NCBI GenBank assembly: GCA_030704615.1
Contig: CM060733.1
Location: 7,502,001-7,566,000 of the forward strand
Reading direction: 5' to 3'
Length of the DNA stretch: 64,000 bases
Origin: Takakia lepidozioides
Lineage: Eukaryota; Plantae; Bryophyta
Every line of letters begins with the position of its first letter. Positions within the stretch are counted from its first letter, which is position 1. Below, piece by piece: positions 1-14,309 of this stretch. The notes beneath the pieces are model-generated. The model was not told the DNA's origin and made no database searches. It worked only from the letters and a program-made list of their open reading frames with translations. A program made the position numbers and the translations under genes.

Positions 1-710
1 TTAATTTTCCCTCTCATGGTGCCGTAGCCGTCGCTCAGGCTTCCTTTAAAAAAGAAAAAGAAAAATGAATGGTACCCAGTGCTTTGCAGCTGTCCCTTGG
101 TGGCTGGCTCCCCATCATTGTTTTGCCTTGTGAGGTCCTCGTTCTCCATTTTATTCATTTGAGTAACAGGGCCTCCTTGGTCCCGAAATGGAAACAATAA
201 TGAAAAATTCATGACACGCTATACGCATGCTAACTGGTTGGTGCACGGATACCTAGGTCACCAAGTAGGTAGGTAGGTAGATTGGCAGGTAGGTATACGT
301 GTAGTAGAGTGTAGGCAGGTAGGTACCTGAATCCGACATGGAAGTAGTCTACGGATATGGCCGCGGCATTGCAGACACTCGCCTTCTCAGATATGCTCTC
401 TGAAATCTTCTGTGAGATCTACACAAGAGAGGTGAGCAAGAGATTTCTGTGCTACAACAGAGAGAGGAAGGAAGAAGCTGCATTCAAGTCTAGTGAATAG
501 ATATTTGAAGAGTTTGATTCTTTCATCGAGAAGAGAGAACGAGTTTTTTGGAAGATTAAATTGCTTGAAAAAAGTGGGATGTTTGAAGGTTGCGGGAGAG
601 AGAGGGGATGAAATTGGCGGAGCTGATGAGTGTTAGCTGTTAAGAGGGAAGAGGGATTGGGCGAGAGAGGGGGAAGACGTTGCTGGAGCTGAAATATACA
701 TTCTGTGGCT

Positions 711-3700
711 ATGGCGGCCTCCCTCTCCTCGCCGATGGGGGCATTGCGGCATGCTGACCTGCCTCATACTTCTCTAAGCGTGCCTCTGCCGTCGTCGTCG
801 GCTTCTAGTTCTCACACACTCTCAGCTTCCAGATCGTGCCTCTTTGCAAAGGAGTTGAATGGATTCAGAGAGTTGAAGTGCTCGAAGACGGTGCCTGCCA
901 CTGCTCGTCCTCAGGTGTGTTTTCAGCTTCGTACCTGGTGGACTTGTTTGATGAAATACAAGAGAGTTGTCTATGCGTGTGAGAGAGCGGCACCTATGAT
1001 GTGATGTGACTGGCGAATCCGGGTAACATCTCTCAAGCGAATGCTGTTTTTCCTGTAGTGTATGTGGATTTGGAATCATTGCTTGCGCTGTAATGTTGCA
1101 GGGGAGGAAGATAGTCGCAGCAGCTAAAGCTGACGATGGCGAGTATGCTGCAGAGAAGCCTCCCACACCTCTCTTGGACACCATCAATTACCCGGTTCAC
1201 ATGAAGAATTTGACCTTACGAGTATGTGAATCGCGTGATTTCAATCCTTTCGTATGTTAACATGTTTTATCTCCATGACCATGGCCCAAAGAGGTGGGAT
1301 TGAATTGTCGTATGGTCAAATCTTACAGATTTGCGACTTTACAACCTCCATTGAGTGTGTCTGGTTGAAAGATTGAGCACTCTGGTTGATGCATCTAGCC
1401 AAAATATAGGAAGTATACTCCGAGGACATGATATTTTGAGTTGGAAGTCAAGCAACATCCTACTGTAATTAAGTCCATGGGTCTTTGAGCTTGTCAGGAA
1501 ATGTGAAGACTGTATATATAGCCTTGGGAAAAGACCATGCTAACAAAATATTGAAATATGCCCCCCTTCTCTCCCCCCACCCACCCCACCACAAGGCATC
1601 GCTCACAGTTGTCATGTTCACTTGGTTGCCTGAACAACAATTTTCAGTGATACCCTTGTCAGTTTTCCTGCTACAGAAGCATGATCATTCTTCAAGGAAC
1701 TCCTTTTTGGCTTGGCCCTGTAGTAGAATCATCTTGTTTGGCACTTCTAGAGCCAGGCCAGATATAATGTGGGATTGTGGTACCTTCATTTCAGGAGTTA
1801 AGGCAGCTTTCAGATGAATTGCGATCTGAGACAATCTTTACAGTCTCAAGGACAGGTGGTCACCTAGGTTCCAGCTTGGGTGTGGTGGAGCTTACTGTTG
1901 CCCTTCACCATGTTTTCAATACACCAGAGGACAAGATTCTGTGGGATGTTGGCCATCAGGTATGTCTCCTTTTCTTCACTTGGCTTAAAGCACTGGAAGT
2001 GCTCAAATGCCTTTTTGTCTTGTGAATAATCGCAGGATGAATCATTTGGCATCTGGGACTTATGGTGGTTGCACTTAAATTGGTGCAGGCGTATCCACAC
2101 AAGATTCTGACGGGAAGACGGTCAAGAATGCTCACATTACGACAAACTGATGGTCTGTCAGGCTTCACAAAGCGTTCTGAGAGTGAATATGATCCCTTTG
2201 GGGCTGGTCACAGTTCAACCAGCATATCTGCTGGTTTAGGTGAGAACAAATTGCATCTCAATTTGTGGTATGGATTATGTCCAGTAGAGAAAGAGAGGAG
2301 GGGGGTTTGTGACTGTTCATGGGGCTGAGGCAGCAGTGTCATTGCACCAGGGATACAATTGAAAGTGACACATGCAGACATCTCGTTTCTCATTCTGGAG
2401 CCCATTATATGATTGTCAGGAGTAATGTCTAAAACTATTCAAGTTTTACAAGGTAAATAAAAATTTGTTGACAACTTGTGAGTTGCCAAATCAGGCACTG
2501 AAAAAGTGCCCTAAAGATTTGGCAATCAAAAGATTTATCCAAAGGTTGCATCATGGAACTGTGTTATGTACTCACATGTTTACTTCCCTTAGAACTTGTT
2601 CCAAAAGCCTTTGAAGCCCTTGAGTTGGATGTCTGGATTCACTTGGGGCTGGTACATCTTGCAGGTATGGCTGTGGGGCGTGACCTGAAAGGAAGGAATA
2701 ACAATGTGATATCTGTTATTGGAGATGGGTCTATGACAGCTGGGCAAGCATATGAAGCAATGAACAATGCCGGTTACTTGGACTCGAATATGATTGTCGT
2801 TCTCAATGATAACAAGCAAGTCTCTCTCCCAACAGCTACTCTTGATGGGCCTGCTCCCCCTGTTGGTGCCCTTAGCAGTGCGCTTAGCAGACTTCAATCG
2901 AGCAGGCCACTCCGTGAGCTTCGGGAGGTTGCCAAGGTACTTTTAATTCTGTACTTTTGACATAAATAGGTCTAAAAATATTAAAGATGAGCTTCTCTCC
3001 TGACTGGATCGTGGCAGTGAAGTACTCTTGAGTGGATTGTCCCTGTGGGATGCGAACCCTTCCCAAGCTAGTCCTCAAATTGTCATCCACCAGGCTCCAC
3101 TGTACTCCATCAAATGGCAGACAGCTCTTGTGACCCCAAGGATTCTCACTCTGACCAGTGCTGGTTGCTCTGTAAATGTATGAATGTGTGTCTCTCACTG
3201 TTGGGAGCTGATGAAAGTTTGTGGGGAGTGTTCGCAGCTTGTCACTGCAACACATGAGAAGTTGATGGTCTGAGAGTTTGTGATTGAAAACACAATGTTG
3301 ACTGCACTCTCTATCTTGTGCTAGTTTATAGGTTTAACTCAGACTAATGCAACATCTAGACTTTTTCATGTTTCTTTGGAGTTGTTCTCTGTACTTGCAT
3401 CAGTAGGCTACAGCAAACGATTCCTTTATGAGTACATACTGTACATGCATCAGTAATGTATGAATAGAGAAAGAGATGATCAGGGAAAGATTTCTGTTGT
3501 TATTGGAGAGGTTCTGTATCAGTGGGTCTTTTTGGCTTCTAAAACTCTATCTTCAACAGGGGGTGACCAAGCAACTTGGAGGGCCAATGCATATGATGGC
3601 CTCCAAAGTAGATGAGTATGCACGTGGTATGATCAGCGGGTCAGGATCTACTCTTTTTGAAGAGCTAGGGCTCTATTACATTGGCCCTGTGGATGGCCAC

Positions 3701-6013
3701 AACATTGATGATCTGGTGACTATACTGCGGGAGGTGAAGGCAACACACACAACTGGGCCTGTGCTGATACACATTGTCACCGAGAAAGGGCGCGGGTACC
3801 CATATGCTGAGAGAGCTGCTGATAAATATCATGGTGATCTCAAAACTGTTTTTCTTGTACACTGAGTTGCTGGTATGTCCAAGACTTGTTGCGTTGATGA
3901 CAGATTTCAAAGGAAACATATTGCAACTAGGAACAACCTTCTTAAAGTGGTCACTTTGCTGTGTGAAGTGCAATAGTAAGGTACTGGTGCAACGTTTTGT
4001 AACTCTATATCTTGAGCCATATAAATGACTGAGTATTTTTATTAATTTTGGGGTTGCAATGTCTGACAGGTGTTGTGAAGTTCGACCCAGCAACTGGTAA
4101 ACAGCATAAAGTTAAGCCTTTGACACAAGCCTACACAACTTACTTTGCCGAAGCATTGATTGCTGAAGCAGAGGTTGACAAGACCATAATCGGGATCCAT
4201 GCTGCCATGGGGGGCGGTACTGGCATGAACATGTTTGCTAAGCGATTTCCAGACCGATGCTTTGATGTTGGGATTGCAGAGCAGCATGGGGTCACATTTG
4301 CTGCAGGTCTAGCATGTGAGGGGTTAAAACCCTTCTGCACCATCTATTCCTCCTTTCTTCAACGTGCTTATGACCAGGTACAATCTCTCTGTTCATGTGG
4401 TTCTCTGTTCACTTGATTTTCACAATTTCTTAGAAGTCACGTGTGTTTCTCTGGCTTGGTAGATTCCCCGTTTTCTTAGTTTCTGAACAAGGACCAAGTT
4501 CAGGCATGTGGCTGGAGTTCTGATGGAATCATAACCGGTTGGCAGGTTGTGCATGATGTGGACTTGCAAAAGTTGCCAGTGAGATTTGCCATGGACAGGG
4601 CAGGCCTTGTGGGAGCTGATGGTCCAACCCACTGTGGAGCCTTTGATGTGACATTCATGGCCTGTTTACCCAACATGGTGGTCATGGCACCCGCCGATGA
4701 AGCTGAGCTATTTCACATGGTGGCCACTGCAGTTATGATTGACGATCGGCCCAGCTGTTTCCGCTATCCTAGAGGAAATGGGATTGGTATCCAGTTGCCA
4801 CCTGGAAACAAAGGCATTCCACTCGAGGTTGTGGTCTCACCTGGGTTTGCTTTCTGGCTGTAAACTTAAGCAATTTGCATACAGCTGTATGCTGTGTGAA
4901 TTGCTGGATTTTAAACTTCCTTTCTTTTTCTTTCACGGCATCCCTTCTTCCTGTTTTACGTGGTTCATTAAGGGCATGTTTTGGGCACATATTTTGTCTC
5001 CTTCCCCACAAATCTGTTGAATATGTCGACTCTAGAACTGAGGAAAGGACACACATATGGTGATTACCTTGAGATGGTAATCCTGAGTGTGACGCAGAAC
5101 TCACCTTTGACACCCCTAGTCTGGCCATGATAAGGGTAAGTAACCCTCACTTAGCCTATTATGAAATATCTATCCAAACGTATCTGCAAGGAGGACCTGG
5201 CATAAACCTTGCTGTGTATTAGACTGTCATGGGTGGTGGTTCAAAATCCTTCTATTCAATGTTCTCTTTGTTCATTCTTTGATCAAATTCCCCATCTGTG
5301 CAGGTTGGAAAAGGAAGGATTTTGAGAGAAGGTACGCAAGTGGCCCTTTTGGGATATGGGACAATGGTTCAGAACTGTCTGGCAGCACACTCCCTTCTGA
5401 CGGAGGTTGGGGTGTCAGCCACTGTGGCAGATGCACGCTTCTGCAAACCTCTTGATCGTGACCTTATCCGTCAGCTAGCGAGGGAACACCAGGTCCTTAT
5501 CACTGTTGAGGAGGGCTCAATTGGTGGATTTGGCTCTCATGTTGTGCAGTTTATGGCTCTTGATGGGCTACTGGATGGAAAGTTGAAGGTGAGAGTTTCC
5601 ACGTTCCTCTTTAAGTCAGTCATTTGTGGGCAATTCCATACAAACCAGGTAGCAATCTTGTTTGGCTCTCATAAAAGGCAGAGAGTTCACATCAAATTGT
5701 CCAGGCCATCCCCCATCTGTACATACACATCCTTTAATTTTGGCATGTGATCATACATGTTAATCTACAAAACGACAAGAGAAGCTCGTCTCATTTTTTA
5801 TAATGTATTTCTGGCTATTCACCTCTGTCCTTACATGCTGTGCCTGTGTGTGTTGAGCAGTGGAGACCATTAGTACTTCCGGACCGCTACATCGACCATG
5901 GTGCACCTAAAGACCAGTTGGCTGAAGCAGGATTGACACCCGCCCATATTGCAGCCACTGCATTGAACGTGCTGGGGAAAACAAGAGAAGCTCTTGAAGT
6001 GATGTCTTATTGA
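711..6013 (+). CDS. DXS: 1-deoxy-D-xylulose-5-phosphate synthase, plastid-targeted; 10 exons (711-914, 1102-1221, 1795-1959, 2089-2239, 2665-2936, 3560-3833, 4070-4377, 4546-4827, 5304-5588, 5861-6013)
   Basis: Motifs [113 protein letters not shown]. All junctions are GT-AG and phase-compatible. Ser/Ala-rich transit-peptide-like N-terminus. Confidence 0.97.
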
Positions 6014-7261
6014 TGCGGCATGACAAATTCGAACTTCGAACCAGACATGCATGTCCAGATGATTATTTCTCAGACGTTGTTACAAACTATTGTCTGAGGA
6101 CATGCTAGATTGAAGTGATCATTACAGCTTCTTCAAATTGAAGATTGCTACCAAACCAATTTCAGAACTTGAAGGAGAAAGCTCCATTAGTATGTGTAGT
6201 TGAGTACAGGCGAAGCCATTGTTGTACCCTACACATCTTGTAATTGTACCTTGTTGCCAGTTGCTTAATACTCGATGAGATTCTCCATATTCCTCGTGGT
6301 GGCCTTGATGTTTTACTAGCTCTCTCATTGTGGCCTCAGGAATAGTACTACATCATATGCATGTTTTTGTGCCTGGCAACCAGAGAATCCTCCAGCTGAT
6401 TGACAATTCACTCACAGATTTATCACAAGCACCTTCCCACAATCCCAACCAACACCATCCGATTCAAGAGGCGAAGCTCTTCACTAGAATTCTGGGGCAG
6501 AAAGCAGACAGACAGGAAAGCTCGCAGAAAGTGAGCTCTCAAGACATGAGTTTCTCTGATGAATAAGAGAAGAGCCAAGTCGTCTTGGCACCGTTGGATG
6601 ATAAGCATCACACTGACCGATGCCACAATACAAGGCCTGTTGTGGAATGATGCTTCGTTGCATGCCTGCACCAATGAGGCTCGTGAGTCCAAGCCAGTTG
6701 AGAGGGTAGGGTGAACGAGACGAGATTCCAGGCTTTCTCACTCAAACAATCCTTCGCTGTTTCTCCGGGATTGCAGTTACACCGTTTTCATCCAGATTCA
6801 GGCTTCGTATCGGAGCTGCACACTCGAGTTCCGGCAATTTGTTGCCCCTCTAGCCCCGATTGCGAGTAATGAATCGCATCCAAGCAGATACCTAGACTTG
6901 CGATGCAGTGATTCAGAACGAAGCGGAACGATCCATTCTGCAACTGCCGTATTGTCAACTGTGTGTCTCTGTGCCTCTCTTAACATAGTGTTTCGGAAAA
7001 TCGGGGAAGGCTGTAGGTGAACAAGGAGTTTTGAGACAGTGCTGCATTTTCCTTCAGAGGAGGTTTCTGGTTCAGGTGTCAATTAGCTTGAAAAACACGT
7101 CGGCATTTATCGCCGTTGGAGCAATTATCGGTAGCCTGTGATGAGTAGGAAAGATTTCGTTAGCTGTGCTGTTTCTATCTGAAAAAGATTGAACTGCAAT
7201 CACGGCTGCTACTTGGGAGATTTCAACCGAAACAAGCCGCAATTCCACTAGATTTGCAAGC

Positions 7262-10200
7262 ATGGATTCCAGTAATGGGTTGAACATGTGGGATGCACTG
7301 CCGGAGGAGTGCAAGTCGATGATATTAACTCGGTTGTCCAAGAAGGAGGCTGCACGGATAGCAAGGGTAAGTTTTATCCCTATGATTCTTGGAAGTTACT
7401 GCACAATCGAGAAGCTAACTTCCATTGGATGGTTATCTCTGGACGTGTCTGGTTGAAAAAAGGAAAGGGTTTTGTTTCTTGTTGGGAAAGTACTAGTCAA
7501 TCACAACTGTTCTGCTTCTCCCTTTGTCTATAGCGTCCCCTGTGAATCACAAGGTGAAATTCTGCAGGAAGCTAAGTAACTGAAAAAAGAAGTCTGAAAG
7601 AACTAAGTGCTCTTCATGTTAAAATTCTGCAGGTTTCAAAGGAGTTTGCACAGGCTGTAAAGAATGTGAGAAGCGCGGTTCATATTCTCTCTTTGCCGCC
7701 TGATTTGTCGCCTGCTGCCCTGCAAGGCTTGGTACTTTTTCATGCTCTACTGCCTTTATAAATCAGGAAGACTGTCAAATTGGTGTGGAGCAGTGCTTGA
7801 ATGGTATCTAGTGGCAACATACAGGAGCTGGTTGAAGATTAGACTTAGGTTTTATTAAAAGCTAGCAATGGCAGGGAGTTTGTAGCCCATGCAGATGTAA
7901 CATAGCATACTCAACTCAAATTTACAAAGTTCCTTCTGACAACCTCTCTCTGTAGTCGAGTAACTTTGTAGAGCAGGAAGATTCATAAGAAATTTAGTTT
8001 TGGGATGACGAGACTGTGATAGTTGTCCAGACCGTCGGTATTTAATTTCAGTTTATGCATTCAACATATTGTGTTCTTGAACCTGGTAGAATGCACCCAA
8101 AGTGTGAGTAACATGAAACTCTACATAATCTGTATCCATAGAGGATACACTACAGAGGTATAACAGTCCCAGTCCTGGTTTGTTTTTTACCTGCTCTTTT
8201 CACTTATCTTCTCTTGTGGGTTATCTCCAAACACCAACACCGTGCAATTGTAACCTTTGCAGTGATAGTTCTAGCCTACACAGTAGCTGATTCCGGAAAG
8301 TATCTAAGAAAGGGTTTGACGGTCTTGGCAGGTGGGAGCTCATCCAAATCTCAAGAGTCTGAGTTTCAGACGATGCAGTAAGTTTGAATATCATCTTGCT
8401 ATTTTTCAACGGAATTAGCTTCAAGCGTATAACAATCGAACTAGATCTATAATGGTGGCCACCCTCTATAGTCAACCAGCTGCTAGAGAGGTGACTTGGA
8501 AAACTGGCCACCTACTAATTGCATATGGGGATGGTCTCCCACATTGGAGGATGAAATTCTACAGGATGACTGCCTGAGAGAATGAATAAGCAACTGGAAT
8601 TCAGACCCTGTTTGTAAGAAGCGCAACACAAAGTGCTTCTTTAATAATGGCAGTCAAGCTGGCCCACATAACCATGTTCTTGGGCATGGTGCATTTGAAT
8701 CACCAACAAAGCTTGGTCTGTCTTGTGAAAGAAGAGATTTATTTGACAAGCCAAACAAATAAGTCCAGTTACATAATGTTCTCTTGTTCTGCTCTTGATG
8801 GCGGTGTAATATTTATGTCATTCCAGGTGCAAAGCTGAAGAAGTTTGGGCCAATTCTGGAGGCTGCAGCAGGGGGAAAACCAAGCGAGAGCCAGCACCAG
8901 CGGTCATTGGAGGCTGTGGATTTCAAAAGCTGTACATATCTGAATGATTCTGATGTGATTGCACTTTGTGTTCTTCATTCCAGGGTAATCCTTTTGTCAT
9001 ATGGCTGTGGTTGTGCATACTCTGTATTGCCATCATCAGTAGTAGTTTCTTGCACCAGAAGAAGTATTTGCTGATGCACTCCAGCAAGGTGACTGCAAAA
9101 CTGTTAGCACTTTATTACTTTCTAAGCTCTCTAGCTGTGGAAGAATGCAGTTGCATGTGATGCAATACTGAGAAAGACAAAAGACCATCCCAAAAGGAGA
9201 AGGGCTTGTAACAGTGCTTGAGCACAACACCGCAAGCAGGTTGATACTAGCCAAGGTTTTGGTCATACGGACTGTACTAATGTTCTTAGTGCTACAATAT
9301 TGCAAATCTTATGCTCTAATCCGCCACTTGTGTGGTGCTTTTGGCAGCTGGATGACATCAATCTGGCAAATTGTCAAAGCATTTCTGATACTGCCCTCAC
9401 TGCCCTCTCCCGCTATGAGAAATTCCATGATCCAACATTGGTCCAAACTTTAACCCTGTTGGCAGAAGCTCCTGAAGAAGATGAACAACAGACTGTTCCT
9501 GAGGTTAAGAGTCATCAAAACCTTCAGATTAGTTCAGATTGTACTTGGCCTAAACTAAGCCAGCAGCCTAAGGCCCTCAGCACAACTCGCGACAAAAACA
9601 TAGAGACAGGCAACAAGAAAATCTTGGAGGGAGGGCCTGGAGCAGCACAAGAATCTGAATCTCCTCAGCTTGTCCAAGGTGAAACTAAAGTAGTTCCTAA
9701 GAGTAGTGGAGAAACCATGCCAGTAAACATAAGGCAGAGCTCTAACATAGAGAACCACAGTTTTATTCCAGTTGAGGGAAATGTAGTCCCTAAGACTTAT
9801 GCTCAGGCTGCTTCAAAAGCTCTAATGTCAGTCAATTCATCAGTGAGACAGAACATAGATATTCCTGGACATGGTGAAGCTATTCACTGTAATCTTGTAT
9901 CTGATACCCTTCCCTACTTAGACTGGAGAAGTATAGAAATTCCTAGCTTGAAATTTGATAGCTTAACTTCAGACCGTAGTGAAACCAATCATCCAGGGGT
10001 TCGCACTGATTTTGACATACCCTCAAGTTCTAATGGTACTGTTGCAGCTGGCAAAGAAAGGAATACCCAGGAGCTATATCAGCCACTTCCAGATGAGGTA
10101 CCCCATCATAAGGAAACCTGGTGTGACAGGTATAGACGCTATATACTGGATGAAATTGACAACTCGGCTGACCATATCCCTGTTCTGATGGATGCACTGC

Positions 10201-13200
10201 AATTAAGCTGTGGGCAAAGGAAAGATAGGCAGGGAAGCTCAAGCCCTTCAAGGATGCAAGTTGATTCAGCTGGGAGCAAGGACCCTGTCATGATGCAAGT
10301 TGATGCTAGTGGAACCAAGTATTGCAGTTACAATGTAGAGGTCTCCGGTGACAAAAAGCTGGCTACACGGCGGAAGCTCTTAGTGCCTAGCTTACCTGCA
10401 AGTAGCTCAGATGAATTCAATACTCTGGCCAAAAACTTCAAAGCTTCAAAAGCTGTCCGGGTTGCAAGTGCGACGCAAATCACCGACCAAAGGCTTCAAT
10501 TACCTGGCAGAAGCCCAACAGACAAGTGTGTCGAAGCCTTTAGTACGACAGAAAGTGATGTGGGAGTGTTTATGATCTCCGATGATAGTTCCTCTGATAG
10601 TAGAGCTGAGCTTACAAATGCAGCTCCAGCTCCAAAGCTTAAGTTGCTTGAAAGTAGATATGCTGAGAACCCAGCTCAACTCTCACAACCCCCAACACCT
10701 CCTGCAGCTGCAATAGATGCTTTGCAAGCTGGAAATTTAGTGGTGAAAAGTGGGAAACACAAAGATGCTGCACTTGCTTTGCTGGAATACATCGTGGAAA
10801 CTCCCGCGTCATCTGAAAAGAGCTCAAACACTCTTGACAACTGTTTGGAAGTGGAGCCCAGGAGTTTCAGAGGCTTGAAATCATTATCTGTGGCTAGTTG
10901 CGGGGACATTACTGACAAAGGCGTGCAGGTGTGCCTCTCTCTCTCTACCTCTGATGTGCTATAGTTGACTTGGATGTAGTGTTTTTCTCATAGCTATGTG
11001 ATGTTGGCCTTACATTACAGTATGTCTGTAAGTACAGTATTGCCATGGAACTGGTGGTGTGAGGGGTTAGTTAAGTGGGGTTAATATTTTCATGATAGCA
11101 GTATCTATTGGAATGGATTCCTACATTTGAAAGTTTAACCCTTTTTCTGACGAAGTCTCACTGCTCATGCAGGCATTGCTGAAAGGTCCATCAAGAGCCT
11201 CTCTATTGTCGCTCGATGTCTCAAGGTGTCCAGGAGTGACCAGTACAGGGCTGCGGTTGCCACCAAAATCCGCACTGGAGGTTTTGACAGCAGCCCAGAT
11301 GCCTAACATCACTCGCTTGACATTGCAACTTTCCCGTGAGGGAGCTCTTCAACACCTCAGCCTGGCAGCTTGTCCGAAGGTTAGCCCTATTACAGTCTCG
11401 GTTTGGCCATAGATCTGCCCTTTGTTCAAGAAAACATTATAGGCATGCAGTGGAGATGTATGGGTTTTTTCCAGTGTGTATGTTCCATGATTACAGCAAT
11501 CAACATGGTTCCTTTGGAAGCACTGTGTTTAGCAGTTTCACCGCATGGAAGCCCTGCCAGTCTGCTAATGCCTAGCACAGTCTTTGTTGTGATAGGAGGC
11601 ACCTCTGACAATACATTATGCGAAAGCTTGTTCTGTTCCGCCCTTCTTTCGGCTCCTAATGTAACAGCTTAACTGGATCTCAGTTTATGCTTTTCCCTGA
11701 CTGTTTTTACCAAGTATGCTCAAGGACTGGAAGGTTTATCCATGCTGCACCCTGTTCCTCTACTAAAGTGCCACTATTTGACCACGTCTTCTGCAATGGT
11801 AGTGTGCATATATCTGCTCTCCCCCTGTCCCTATCTTTATTTCATCACAGTCCAAAGCAGGGGCAGGTTCTATGGCCTCAATGCTATGACAAGCAAAGTC
11901 TTATATTAGGTGCATGTCTCTCCTTCATTCTACAGCTGGAAGACTTATGTCTGGTGGCGCCACATGTCCAAAGCCTCAATGTATCGAACTGCAAGAAGCT
12001 TGTCCGTCTTCAGCTCAAGTGCCCTGCCCTCACATCAGTCAATCTCTCTCTCTGTGGTATGTGAAGTTGTTCCTGACAGATGCCCCTATTTCTCTTAATT
12101 ATGCAGTCAATGTTGGCTTTGAGGGTTGACCTTGAGAAATTACACTGATACCTTCCCATTGTATGTGTCTATTTGTCACGGGCTATTTCAGCCCTACCAC
12201 CCAAGTGGAAGGAAGGAATCCCTGAGTCCTGTCTGGTGGATAATAGGCAAAAGCATTCAGAAGAACAACATCATCAACTACGGGCTGAGGTCTGATCTTG
12301 TTGATACATGCGTCGACAGCCTTACCCTGTATTGCATTCAGAGAGTTCAGATTTATACCGGATTTCCTCGTAAAGATGACACCTGTAGTGAGAAACACGT
12401 CATTGTATAAGATGTTGGGTTGTTTTGTTTTTGGTGTCGTGTACAGACAACTTGGAGGCATTTGGAAGGTTTAATTGCAGTGCCCTTCAGAATGTCAATG
12501 CTATTGGCTGCCGACTGTTAACCCCAGCGGCCTTATCAGCTATCCTGGAGTCAGCGTCTGGTCTCCAGGAGCTTCGTTGTGGGGGTTGTGACCGACTCGA
12601 ACGGGTGGACATACCACAAGCTTCTTTGTTACATTTGGAGGTTTCTGGTTGCTCATCTCTCAGAAGGTTAGTGCTTATTCAGCCAGTCTTGCCTACTATC
12701 TCAAGTGGATGGAGAACAGCCTTAACTTCAATATGTTTGTCTTCTTGTTATTTTGTTTTGGTTTCAGCTCGAGGTTGGCAGTTGCTTGATGTTTAGTGTA
12801 CCCTTGATTATAAGCTTTTGTGTGGCTGGACTAGTTGCGTGCTTGTGTCTGTCATATGGTTGCAAGGTGGGTTGGCCACAGATCTTTCACATTGTTTTCA
12901 CCTCTGATCCTATGGCTTCTGTCCCCAATCCAAGAAGAGAAATGTGGGAGTTGATGGTAGGGGAGGCATTCAAACGAAGGAAAGGGAGAGATTTAATTTT
13001 GACTGGCTTGGATGCAGGCTCTATGCTCACTCTCGAGCATTGAGGGTTGTGGAAGCCTGTGGATGCAAAAGCTTGGTTGAAGTCTTTCTCTATTCACCCT
13101 TACTACGCCGAATGCTCTTCTCCAACTGTGCTCTCCTGCAAACACTGGTTCTTTTACTCTTGCACACCCCATCTTCTCAATCTTTTCAATCATGGGCAAA

Positions 13201-13496
13201 TAGGTGTATTTCTGCATATGCCTACATGGAAGTGTTTGAGAAGGGCATGGATTTGGAAGGGAGGGTATGTAATCTGGGGAACGGGGAGACTAATAGGGAG
13301 ATTTTTTTTGCTTTAGGTGATACCATTGGATGCAATCAAAGAGTCCGTTGACTCTGCTGTCAAGAATCGGGGCAAGAAAGGCAATCTACCCCAGGAGGGT
13401 GTGGAGATCTCCATCAGTGGATGTAACATGCCTGAATCTGTCAGAAAAAACCTGGGTCGATTGACAAAGCAATGGAAGACCTGCTTCAAATCCTAG
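7262..13496 (+). CDS. F-box/cysteine-containing LRR protein with a large low-complexity insertion; approx. exons 7262-7366, 7633-7731, 8332-8377, 8827-8984, 9348-10928, 11173-11379, 11937-12056, 12449-12667, 13018-13147, 13318-13496
   Basis: N-terminal F-box-like WDALPEECKSMILTRLSKKEAARIARVSKEF. LRR-CC units LEAVDFKSCTYLND, LDDINLANCQSISD, LKSLSVASCGDITD, LSLDVSRCPGVTS, LHLEVSGCSSLRRL. GT-AG junctions. Confidence 0.85.
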
Positions 13497-14309
13497 TTCC
13501 ACATCTTGCCAGTCTCTCTACTTGCACTTCTCCCAAGTCGGACATTCTGGTTGTTCCACCTTCTGGCATTACGGGTTGTTCTTTAAGACTGAATACTTGG
13601 TTCATCAGTACGGTGTGAACTGCAGAGTATAGCATATAAGGCCGTCAACATGGTCTATCAGCTGCATGTCCCACATGCCTCTAAATTAAGGAAGAGATAT
13701 ACTCTTTTTGTCCACAGCATTAGGTCTAAAAATTCTGTGCCCAGATTGGAGGGACCAGAAAGACAGGACAAAAGGAAGGTTTAGATTTGGAGAATCACAA
13801 GAGGTTGGCAACAGTCATCTGACTTACCAGTGCGAGTGTCGGTGCTTAGCGGCTCTCCAGATGCGTTACAACTTGAACTTCAGAAGAGTCATTTTATGGA
13901 TTGAGAAATGAGGGGACTCCAATGGGATTTGTATAGGGCACACGAAGCAACATGGGGACATGCATTCCTCCCGTTGATTATCAGGCACTTCTGTGCACCT
14001 CTTCTTTATTGAAGACTTGAACTCCCTCTAGAAGAATACTGTAGTGATACTGCATTTTCAGCCTTTGATCCCTGCTGCCCACATTTTAATTCTATGTGTA
14101 GACTGTATGGGGTTATGGAAAATGTTATCTCAAAATTCTTCAAATATTTTCTCAAGATGGTTTCTTCATTGCATTAGTGGGCTCAAGCAGTATTACTATC
14201 ATACCAAGATCAAAGTAGCAGCTTCCAACTTAATTCTTTCTACAGGAGAATGGTGACAAATGTCCTCCCTTTTGTTGGATGTGATGCACTTTCTTTCATA
14301 GATATTTAC

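Noticed and set aside
250-330. AGGT repeats upstream of DXS
   Set aside because: Short degenerate microsatellite with no evidence of function.
6014-7261. TPP riboswitch downstream of the TPP-dependent DXS
   Set aside because: No GCTGAGA...CCCT..GAACCTGA...AGGGA core visible on either strand.
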